From positions 310,001-374,000 of the forward strand of contig JALMLS010000397.1 of NCBI GenBank assembly GCA_038496445.1: a stretch of DNA of 64,000 nucleotides. The letters run 5' to 3'. The DNA is from Trichosphaerium sp. ATCC 40318. Taxonomy: Eukaryota; Protista; Tubulinea. The notes beneath the pieces were generated by a model. That model was given only the letters and a program-made list of their open reading frames with translations, did not search any database and was not told the origin of the DNA. Made by a program: the position numbers and the translations under genes. This document shows, piece after piece, positions 24,939 to 36,116 of the stretch (positions within the stretch are counted from its first letter, which is position 1; each line of letters begins with the position of its first letter).

Positions 24939-26685
24939 TTAATATATATTTGTGTGGTACCATTGGGTAGCTCTTTTATCCTTGTTGCACAACTTTGTAT
25001 AGTCCCAAGCGTAATTCGGATACAACAAGTTTAAGCAATACGGATATGATTCTATAACTCCTGAACCACCTAAAGATCGTATATGGTTCATATCAATGCG
25101 ATACCATGAATCTGGCCCAGCAAGTGAGAGTTCTTCCTCGGCAGCTAAGGTCAATAAGTTCGCTGAATTTAAGGTTAAAAAAATTGTTGTAAGTACATAA
25201 AAGAAATGCATGTAGATTCTCGAATTTTCTCCAAAATCCAACAGGCACTTGCCTGTGTAGTTGTTAGCACCAAGTAAATATATGTAATACATACTTGAAT
25301 TTCCAAAATTTCCATGGCTTATCAGGGAAAGCAACACTTAGCACCTCAACTAGTGAACCACATTTTTGTAACATGGCACTACCACCCTCGTTTATAAAAT
25401 GCAATGATGAAATACGTGACCACTCATAGAATGTGAATACACGTAGTTTCTCACCCATCGCTTGTAATTTAGCCCGTTGATTATCAATATTATACCACGT
25501 GCTGTTCGGCGTGCACCTAAATATTTAGTCAAACTTTTCTAAAAAATTAAGTGTACCTAAATCCCCAACTCACGAACCCAAAGGACGGGTATAAGCCTTG
25601 CAAGGTTTCTATAAGTGACTTGTTATTCCTGTTATTTGTATGAGATGTATTATATAGTATTGATTGATTACGTACTTGTAAAATAGTCCAGAAGCACCCA
25701 TAGAAGCTACTTGAGTATTCGTAACTTTATACCAATCTTCAAGTACTTTTATATCAAGGTCTTCACCTATTTCGTTTACCATACTATATTGGTTATTTAC
25801 ATCGTCTATCCAGGCTGAAGGTAATTTCCTATGAGGACTTAATTGTGCAACTGGTAAATACAAGCTGAACTTACCTGAATCTCCATTTTTGCCAATTGTA
25901 ATGTGGATAAATGTGACTAAGCGCAGTAGACAATGAGTCTCTATACCTGAGTACGATACTGGAGTCAGTAAATATGCAATATATGTACTCACCTATGCAT
26001 TATACTATCGCCATTGCTTACACAAGCATCCTTACCTGTGAGAGAGTACCACTCAGAGCAAGTCTTTAAATCAAGCATCTTTGCTATTTTGTTAAATTCT
26101 CGCCTTTGATTGTCAATGCTATCCCAGTATTTTACAGAAACACGCCTATAAATCTATTGAGAAACTATGTGGGTGAATGTAAAATATTACCCAAACTGCG
26201 TAACGTCCCAAGGCCAATCAGGATACACATTCTGTAAAGTTAAGGACAAAGAGTTCTTGAAACTACAAATAAAGTCAAATCTCTGGTGTTTTTTTGATTT
26301 TATGTTTATCATGTGCGTACCGATGTAGTACTGTAGATGCACCATGCGCTCTTAGAAAATGAGTATTTATTACATCATACCACTTATCAAATGTCTTTAT
26401 ACCAAGCTCTTGAGCACAACGTTCAACTAAAGTCTCTGAATCAATTTGAGCAGATTCTTCATGTTCCCTTTTGGTTTTGTCAGAAACCATTTTAACTATA
26501 CAATATATCGTCGTACTCAAAGCGTACTTTATCCCACTGAACGCATGGATATATAGTTGATAGAGCTTCATACATACTCTCAAAACTACGAATGATATAA
26601 GAAAATTGGTTGTCTTTGAAGTGTATTTTCTGCGCTTTACTACCATTAAACAACTTACCGCCTGAAGTAAACTCCGCTGGGGCAT
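24939..26685 (-). CDS. Protein built from about five ~70-aa Trp-rich repeats (L.IK..EDWY....GG.G.L..Y..SL...L...YP...W..W.F), function unknown
   Basis: Repeat units LGIKTFDKWYDV, LDLKTCSEWYSL, LDIKVLEDWYKV, LRVFTFYEWSRI, LSLAGPDSWYRI, separated by W..xDNQR motifs, across GT-AG exons. Start approximate. Confidence 0.75.
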
Positions 26686-27626
26686 CTTTTTAGTCGTTTA
26701 AATCGTATAGAATACCAATCATCCATCACTTTGACAAGTAATAAACGCGCCACGTTTTCCATTCTATTCTTCAGACTGAGCCATCGTGGGTGCGTTATAA
26801 ATGTTGCTGCAACGCTTCCAACGCTAAATTTCTGTCAAACCATACGTCCCTCAAGCACCGACGCACCTTTTTTTGGTTTTCAAGCTTATGTCGTTGGTGA
26901 AACTGTAAGTTTTTAAGCGCGTTGTTGAGTGGAAAGATCTGCATTTATCTATTTTATGTCAAATGTCTCGAATATCATGAAGGTACATTTATTGGAGCTA
27001 TACAGTACCTTCGACGCTCGACAAAAGTGTATTGCGTTGTTTAGCGTAACATTTTTTAATCTTCGTTTGTAGCATACCAGACAATCTGTCTTGCGTACCT
27101 ACAACATGCCATCCACCTTTTCAAGTCAGTACAATAAAGTGGTTTTGTAAAGGTGCTACAAACGTCATACCGCTTGTTTGAAGGTTATTCTGCTGTTATA
27201 GAGCGTAACAACAGAGCTCTTTGTAATGACAACCAAAACAGAAAAGCGGGTTACGGTATGCTTTTTCCGCGTTAGTACACTTGTAGTTGACGAGTTTACA
27301 CTCACTCGGTCACGACAAATTGTTAACGCTGTTAAGTTCATTTCATTGTTGAGAATTTTAACGTTTCAAAAATCGTACGCATCCTACAACTGTTAGCGCT
27401 GTGGTTGAGTCTTTGATCTTTTACTCCTATTTTCGGCCCTGTACTACTACTCCAGATAAACCAGATCTACCTCACCACGTACGTAAACGGCGTAATTAAT
27501 TCTACCATAAACCGAGAGCTACTATCAACAACCAACAATTCTAAACGGTACCAGGTGTTGCTAACTGGCCAAAAAGCCTCGAAACCGAGTCAATTTTACG
27601 AATCTACGGTTACACGGGCAAGAAAA

Positions 27627-30600
27627 ATGATGCAAAACAAAACTGAACAACAAACGGGTTCATCAATGGCTTTTGTAAAAACCAACTCAATAGCCCATTC
27701 TACACAGCCGTCGGGAATTCCTCCTGTGCCGTATCCTTACACAGCTGGTTCTTTAGCGAGTTTTGTCTGTGAGACTTCCACGTCTTCTCTGGGCACCACA
27801 GTCAACTTTCGTGCGTTCTTTTTTGGCCATGGTGCGTTATAATTGTTTTATCACACCAAACAATATTATTGGGCGTATTGTTATGCTCATCAAATGATTT
27901 AGACGCCTCAGATGTTGCTCTTGACGATCGTAAAAAACTGGCGGATATTCAAGTACGTATCTATTAACTCAGCTTCACCACTGCGGCCTTGAGTGCTGCG
28001 CGAGCCCTCATGACAGGTTTTATTTTTTTAATTATCAGACGTGTTTAAAAAAACTCAAAGACTCAATTTACGAGTCCCAAACTCGACGCGAGGGCATTTT
28101 GAAGCGTCTCAATTTTTTTTAAATTGTTTGTTTTACAAAAGGTCACCATCAACACAGTTTTTCGTCTTTTCCATTTAAACCTTTTGCTTTACGCTCTAAA
28201 TATTTCTTTAGGCGCCCAGTGAACCAAATGACGAAAAACACTTTGACCACACATTCGCTCCGGAAGGGTCATCAAGCTTTATTTCTAACCCTGTCAAGTA
28301 AGTACCCGAATTTTTTTTAATGAGTAACACTTCAACATACATGTTTTTTCTTGTATTCAAAACCAGACTCCTTTTTTGACTTTCTGTACTTGGGCTTGTA
28401 TGTATGTTCAATAATATTATTTCAGAAAATCAGAATACCTATCAGCCAGACAAGCAGAGTTACCTGGAATGGCATCATGGCACGCAGATACACCTAGTAG
28501 TTCAACGTCAGGAGAGTACGTAGGCGGCCAGAGCTCTTCTGACCCTGATAATTATGAACCCGCATTTGACACAAATCAGTGCGTTGAGAAAAAAAAACCA
28601 AAGCAATACATACAAGACCAAAAAGTTCTTTTTCAACTCTACATTCTCATTACAACTTACTATTTCTTAGTAGACGCGGTTCGTTCTATCCTCCTGGTTC
28701 TGCTTCAAATCCTTTTTCTCTTACACCTTCTCCACCAAAGAGAAAGGCTCGTGGGGTTAGAAGGCGAAACCGGTTTACACGTCGTTCTTCTGAACCCATA
28801 GATGCTTTCAGTCCAAAATTTCAACTGCCACAAGGAAGTGACTTTGCTATAGCTACCAGTAGTAATGGTGAATATGTACAGCATTTACAAGATGATGATT
28901 TAGATCATCCATCACTTGTTCAGGTCGAACAAGGAGAAAATGAGTTCTCAGGATGCCTTGACAGTCAAGTGCGTTTAATTTTATTAACTTAAAAAAGTCA
29001 CATTCTTTTTGTGTTGTAATGGTCTCAATCTTTTTAGGCTGATGCTACTTTGTCGAGCTTTTTGCTATCATCTACGCCTGGTAATCAACAATTACAATCT
29101 AAATTATTGCCTATGCCAAATCAACCTGGAAGAATATCGTCAAAACCTTTCTTTCGCGAAAATAGAAAAGCAAGACGAAAGGGACCACGTAAAACAAACA
29201 TAAGGTTCATAATTTTTTTTACAAGTTATTTGGTTGTCTCAGCGTCACTTATCCACTTAGGAGACCTTTACCAGATGAAACAGAATTACTGGACTCAGAA
29301 AGTAAGAACACATTCGTAGCTACAACATGTAAGGCTGATTTTTTGTTACCCACCGTTTTTTGAATTAATATTTCAAACTAAGTCTTGAATTTTTTCAAAA
29401 TTAATGAATAAAGTTCTTGAAACCACTCACCTTCACGCAGCTGGTACAGAAGAAGATGAATGCGATAGTGACGGCGCAAGTAGACCACAAAAGTTTGAAG
29501 AGAATACAAACGAACGTGACCATTATCCTGAACAACATCACCACAGGGCAGTTAAAAAGCATGAGTATACCCCACCTGCAACTACGCCTGAAGAGAGGTC
29601 GTTAATACGCGAGGTAAGCGGATTTTAACCTTTTTTAAGTAAATTAGAAAAAAAATTTAACGTTAACGATTGAAAGGAACGGAGAAAGCTTCGGTCGTTC
29701 TGGTTGTGTTTAAATGAAAAAGAAAAAGCGAAATTAATACGCTTGGAGAAAACAACAGTATTGAAGAAAATGAAAGAGCAAAATAAGATTACTTGCATGT
29801 GTAGCGTGTGTGGTAGGCGTAGAATAGCCTTAGAGGTAACGGTTTTTTATTCTTTTTGTTTTGTTTTATTGTTTCTCCTCAATTGGATTGTAGGAGGAAT
29901 TAGAATCGTTATATCATACGTACTACGAAGATTTAGAGAGATATACTTCAAATGCCGCAATGGAACTTCAAACAAATGGTTTGTTTTTTTTCGAATTTTT
30001 TTGTACTTTTTGTATCTTTTTTTCTCGATTTTTTATAGTGCTTACTCTTATTGTAGGCGCTTTCAGCCTAGTTGATGAGTTTAAGCATGATGGAAAAGAT
30101 TTTTTAGATATTATAGAACGGCGTGCAGAGCGTCGTATGCGTGCAGTAAGTTAAATAATTTTAAGTATTTTTATTGTTTGAATGCAAGGAACCAAAATAA
30201 TTTGTTTTTATGCGCTTGCTTCTGTTACTTAATATTGTATACTATATCGTTTATTGCAATGCGTAAAAAGGGAATTTTAGAGCATTGGCTGCGAGACAAA
30301 AGGTTTTTGTAATTTCTCTGAAAAAACTCACATGTTTTTGTAGATGTCAAAGCGTTTTTCTTTCCGTGCTTCTTGTGTACGACGATATCGTGAGTCTGAT
30401 GAAGAAGACTCTTATTCAGAAGATGGTATATGGCACCCATTGCAAGTTGATTTCTAATGATGAATAGATGAAGACTTCATGGCTGATATTGAGGAAGAAA
30501 CTACAGAAGAGCGAGAAGAAGGAAAACGGATATTTCAATTATTTGCTACAAAGTTATTTGAGCAGCGAGTGTTAGCTGCCTTTAGGGAGCAGCAAGCGCG

Positions 30601-33600
30601 AGAGCGTGAGCGTGAGGTAAGAATATCTAATCATTGTGTTCTTGTAGATGGTCTTATTTATTGGCTTTGTAGCTTTGGGAAGAAGAAACACGCGCTGAGA
30701 AGGCTAGACAACGGAAAACAAATGATAGTCGAAAGAAAGCTAGGCAAAAAAAGAAGCGACAGAGAGCTAAGCAACAAGAAAAGGCCAAAGCACGACAGGT
30801 GAGCGTAGAGAAAGTTAGCACGTAGCTGGCATGGTTTACACGGTTTTTTTTTTCGTTTCCGGCCAGTAGATTGTACCCTAACAGTTATTTAAAGGCAACA
30901 CATGCTAAAGCCAATGGAAAAAAGAAGACAGGGAACACTAAGAAATCCGCTGAAGCTAAAAGTCACAATACAAACGCTAAAGTTAAGAATAGCAACCAGT
31001 CTACGGCGTCAGATAAATCTACTCAACAGTCTAATCAAAGGACAAACGGTTCCAAACCAAAGGCTACAAAACAGGTACAGTGTTCACTACAATCAGTTGA
31101 CATGTTCCTAAACGAGTTTCCCTGTAGCCGGCCGTAAAAGTCCAGCCAAAGCAAGCAGCTCCAAAAAAGCCCAAAGAACCAATTGTACAGCAGGTATCGC
31201 TCAATATGAACAATGTACCTGAAGAAGAAACATGGTCAGCCATACCTGATCAAACGTGGTCTTCTCTGCCTGATTCACCTGAAAAGAAGCGTAACAGGCG
31301 AAGAGGTCGTCGAAAGACATCACACACCAATGGCGTACAAAACAATTTTAATTTTGCTGAACTCACTGGCTGTTTGTCTTACTGTAAACAATAGCATGCT
31401 ACCAATCATCAAAGTAATTCTGCTACACAAGCAGCAAAAGTAGCTGCGACGACTACAAAGGCTCCAATTAAGGTCATGCCACGTAAGGAAACACAAATCA
31501 AAGCAGCTAAACCAAAGCAACGACGTATGAGATATATTTTTTAAGTTTATCTTTGTTATAACTTACAATGAAATAGAGCCGGTTGTAGCAAAACCACCAC
31601 AAAGAAAAATAGTTGGTGGTGCCACCAAGCTAGGCAACCAAAACTCACAGAATTCACAAGCTACAGCTTCTCAAGGACAACATAATCGCCACACTACTGT
31701 TCCTTCTGCTCCATATCAAGCACCTCCATCTTATTCGCCAATGATTTACGGTGTTCCTCCTGATAATAGAGTGTACACAGATATGTCATACAAGAACACA
31801 GGAGCAATGGTAAGCTGTTCAACTTGCTTTGACATTGAAAGACTCATTTTATTGTAGAATGCCGTACAAGTAAAAACGCCATATGTAAGGCAACCATATA
31901 TGGGTCAGTCATTCCCTGCTTACAGTAGCAACATGCGCGCAGCACCAGGTACTTTCCTTTCTACTCTTGTGGTCTTAGACTTAAACTATCTCTTACACTT
32001 GAGTATTAGGTCCTAACGTTACACCACCTTATGCTATGCCCAAGTATAACCCTAACATGCACAATGGCCACATGCCAAAAGTTCAACCAGTCAAATCAAA
32101 AACAGTACGGTGGTTTTTTTGTTGTAGCCATTTTTCATGGGTTTTTCCCTTCTGACTTCAGTTCTAGCCTTCTGTTATCAAGAAAACTAATCTCCCTACT
32201 CCTATAATTAATGATCCTGTTGAGGAGTCTACTAGTGCTACAACTCCTTATGATAGCGAAATCAAGGTACGACAAATTCGCGGATTTTTTTTTTCACTAT
32301 TTAGTGCGCTAATTCTTGGAAATCTTTAGGGTCTCATAGACTCTCTTCTAACAGAAGATGTTGATGACCATCATATCCAAAGTAATGGTGTGAACGGTAT
32401 GTTAACTCCAAATCGCCTAAATGGACCACAAAAACCCGGTATGATGACTCCAATGTCGTGGTCGTCTCCTATACAACTAAAGAGAAGAGAACAAAATCTA
32501 AAAAAAGATAAATCTCCTAACCCTCTTTTTTCTAATCCCTCAAACCTTCCACAACTACCACCTAGTATAGTATCGTCTCAGAAACAAAACAAACCTTCAA
32601 GGAGTAGTACCTCAGGCCTTGGTATGCTTAGTGAGCTTCGTAAAGACTCAGAACTTGTTGCTGATGCAAAACGTCATGTTATGAATGCTAGAGGTATTGA
32701 TGGGTTGTCAATGGATCAGAGGCTTATTCTTGCTTTTCATGTTGTTCGTTACTCAACAATTACAACACATAGTAAGCGTAAACCGCTTAGCTTTTATGCA
32801 TGGCTTGAATTAATGACATTGGCTGATCCTGACTTGGATATAACAAAAACAGTGTATAATAAGAATTTAGATAAACTAATGAGTGACATGGAAAAACATG
32901 GATTCATCAAGTACGTTTTATTTTCGTTTGAGAGCACAAGAACAAAAATCAGAAAAAAAAACCAATTTTTTTTGACGCATTGTTGGTCTCTTGGTGCACT
33001 AGGACGTTTTTAATTTTTTCCTTTTCTGCATTCAAGTACTAGTTTGCACTGTTTTTTGTCCATTAATTATGTTGTGACTAATTTTTTACGCCTAGAACCC
33101 AAGTATTAAAATCAAGTGGTGAAAAATGTATTACACATATTTATCCTAGATTATGTCTTTGTGTTTTATGTGGTAAGAGACCTGTTCATTCTGTATTACA
33201 TCCTTGCTTTCATACTATATGTAAACACTGCTTTGAAAGAGATAAGAAGAGGCAAATACAACCTATTGGAAAACCAAGTGTACAACAAACTACAAAGTGC
33301 TTATTTTGCTTTAAACAAGCTACACTAAAAACAATTGTTATTGAAAGACCTTCATCTGGAGACCATCAAAATTCTTTTCCTTCCCTTCCTGTAGGAGAAG
33401 GAAGTGTAGGTGGAGGATCAACAACCAATACTCAGAAACTAGTAAAGAATGGTGGTGGATATAATGGCACAAGCATTGGAGTTCAACAAAAATCAAAATG
33501 GGGTACTCCTGATTCTCCTCAAATTCCACCTGGTGTTCTTTCTTCATCTCCTTCTATTGTTAATTCATCTCATCGACGTTTGAATGGTAGTAGTAATAAC

Positions 33601-33741
33601 AATGTGGTATCACGTGATAATAATAGTAACAACACGTGGCCTCGGACTTTTAATTCAGAAGTTGGAAACAGTAATGGTAGTTCACATGGTGTTTCTTCTA
33701 ATGGTGGTACACAGTTGTATCGGCCGAATGGTGTAAGCTAG
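27627..33741 (+). CDS. NST1: Nst1-like stress-response protein with long disordered regions, a winged-helix-like domain and a C3HC4 RING finger
   Basis: ERRKLRSFWLCLNEKEKAKLIRLEKTTVLKKMKEQNKITCMCSVCGRRRIALEEELESLYHTYYEDL, DGKDFLDIIERRAERRMR and EEGKRIFQLFATKLFEQRVLAAFREQQARER match the fungal Nst1 conserved blocks. A continuous spliced frame runs to TAG at 33741. Confidence 0.82.
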
Positions 33742-33954
33742 AATTTATTGGTTGTAACATAATAGGAAAAAAAAACTTTGAAATGCAAAAAAGTACTTGT
33801 TTTTCTGTCTTCTCCTTAGAGTCAACTATTTTTCATTTTACTCTAGGTGAGATCTTAGCTCCTTACTTGTAGCCATAAGAAAGTTACGTAGTAAAAGTAT
33901 TTCACCGTTAGGAGTGATCGGAATTCTGAAAAAAAGAAAAAAAGATCACAAGGT

Positions 33955-34125
33955 TTAAGTCTCCCGCTTGACTAACCGTGGACACATGCTTAGTACCTCT
34001 GGTGTCTATCTTACAGAGTAGGTGAGAGGTAGTCTAAGCAACAAGTTGTGGACTAAAAGTATGGGACGGGCAAATTCGTTTTGGCCGCTTGCAGGAAATA
34101 GTGCCAGCGCACCAACTATTACTTT
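33955..34125. other. Intergenic long imperfect hairpin, candidate structured RNA
   Basis: Nested pairings TGCTTAG/CTAAGCA, TACCTCT/AGAGGTA and GTCTCCCGCTT/AAGTATGGGAC. GC-richer than flanks, no ORF. Confidence 0.3.
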
Positions 34126-34237
34126 TATGGCTGTTTTGCGTCTTGTGGTTTGAACATCAAAACTGAAGTGAATTATCACTTAAACGGCATAAAACACATA
34201 CCAATACAAGCAAACAAGCTTCTCTGTACCTATAAGC

Positions 34238-35749
34238 ATGGCAAACGAACAACAAACATTGAGCAATCTTATTCAGAAAGGTAGGCGTTAAATGACGTTT
34301 ACTTTCCACAACTTGTTAAAACTACGCGTGGAAAGCCAATATTCGAACGAATTGGAGCTAATCACAAAGTAGATTATGACAGTCACCACATTGAATACAA
34401 TGGATACTTTACAAATCATACTTTACACGCGATGGTAGCATTAAAACACCTTGGTGGTACGTCAGCGATAATGAACATTATTTCTGCAAACAACATATTT
34501 GTTTTGATTTCTTGCTCACTGTTGTTTAGCATCAAGTGATAGGATGACAGAGTATTACAATAAGTATGAATTAGATACAGGATTTGGTATGTAAAAGCTT
34601 ACAGTCCTAAAAGTGACATTGGTTAGGTGGAAAATCGTTAGAACCGAAAATAGACTCTAAGTCAATAGTCAACAAAGAAAATTGGAAGGAATTGCTTGGG
34701 TTATCTCAAAACTATGCAGGATTATGTAAATTCTTCTATAATGAGTATAAACGTCTTGGTTCTAAAACTAAACTGGCACGTGATATACTCTAAAAAAAAA
34801 TAACAACATTGCTTACTTTACCTTCTATAACAGATAAACGAATATGTACCACAGCTCATGAGTGGGGTATCAGGAGCTGCGTTCCATGGTCTCATACATC
34901 TTGGTTTTGGTTTAAAGAGCGATACTATCATTGGTGCAACATCTGGACTTGCTTATCTTGCCTTTTCGTACCTTGATGCAGGAAAATTACTATCAACAAG
35001 TACGATTTTTTGAATACAAGTTGCTGTTGCCAACAACAAGTTTAGGCGGTTCAGATAACATCCTGTCTATTGTAACTTCAGTAAGTGAAGATAAGAATAT
35101 TGCAAAATGCCTTGATGGCGTTGAGGGGTTTCAAACACGGGTGAAGACTCTGCTCAAGAGTAAAAATGCAGAGCTACTCGAATATACTTCTAGATGGAAA
35201 TTCAGTGATGTAAATGCAGGCTTAGATGAACTCAAAAAAGGATCAATGTTGGTGTTTTCTAAAGCAGGTTGTAATGACTTCTTCCTACTCCACGGTGTAA
35301 CAGGTTGCTACTCAATTTCTCAGGTACATGAATGAGACTGAATCATAGTAAACAAAGATGTCACAACAGCAAACACTAACTCGGTTTTTTTGCTGTAGAT
35401 TTTCAATGTTCTCCAGAAGGATGAGGATAAAAGTAGTCTGTTGCGTTATTTTCTTCATGGACTTATTGTAGCATATATTGTACAAGGACAAAAACCACTA
35501 AATGTAAAAATACCTAGCACTAAATTGTCATGGGATGATATTTCCAGACAAGCAATTCAACATGCTGATGAGCATGTTATAAAAGGAGTTCTTGTTTGCA
35601 AGGATTATTATCAACAAATGGGAACTGAATTATTTGCTGACACATCGTCGCACATGCTGTCTCAAATTAAGGTGAGCAAGGACACACTATAAATCAAAAC
35701 TTAACATTGTTTTTAGGATACTAGCAGTTGGTTTTCAAGGAACGAGTGA
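34238..35749 (+). CDS. Questin oxidase-like oxidoreductase (AflY/HypA, DUF4243 family)
   Basis: HIEYNGYFTNHTLHAMVALKHLGAS, NWKELLG, GVSGAAFHGLIHLGFG, DFFLLHGVTG, DEHVIK motifs. One GC-AG intron at 34776-34833. Confidence 0.88.
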
Positions 35750-36116
35750 GTTGTACAACAGCTTTTTGTGGCTCTTTATAAATAAAACATCAAGTTGGCA
35801 GTAGAAATACCATTGGCATAGTTCATTAGCGAGGAAGTTTCCAGTGTAACAATTGTTGGTGAGTAGCAATTCTAATTAATCTCGTTGAAGTAATGTGATA
35901 ACAAAATACGTTGAAGTGAACCAGAAACCGACAAAATATTCAGAGTTTGAGAAATATTGCACGCAGCATGGCACGAAATGTCTTTTAGCGAAAGCAATAC
36001 AAAGAATGTTAGAGGTATTACAAGTAGCTATTCTCAGTACATGTTGTGCAGCACGTGTTACTTGATGTTTTAAGTTTTTTTATAGAAGTACAGCGTTTTA
36101 TTTTTTTGGTGTTAAA

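Noticed and set aside
23900-26700. Endogenous giant-virus insertion
   Set aside because: Only one virus-like gene, no capsid, polymerase, packaging ATPase or integrase, and the neighbour has normal introns.
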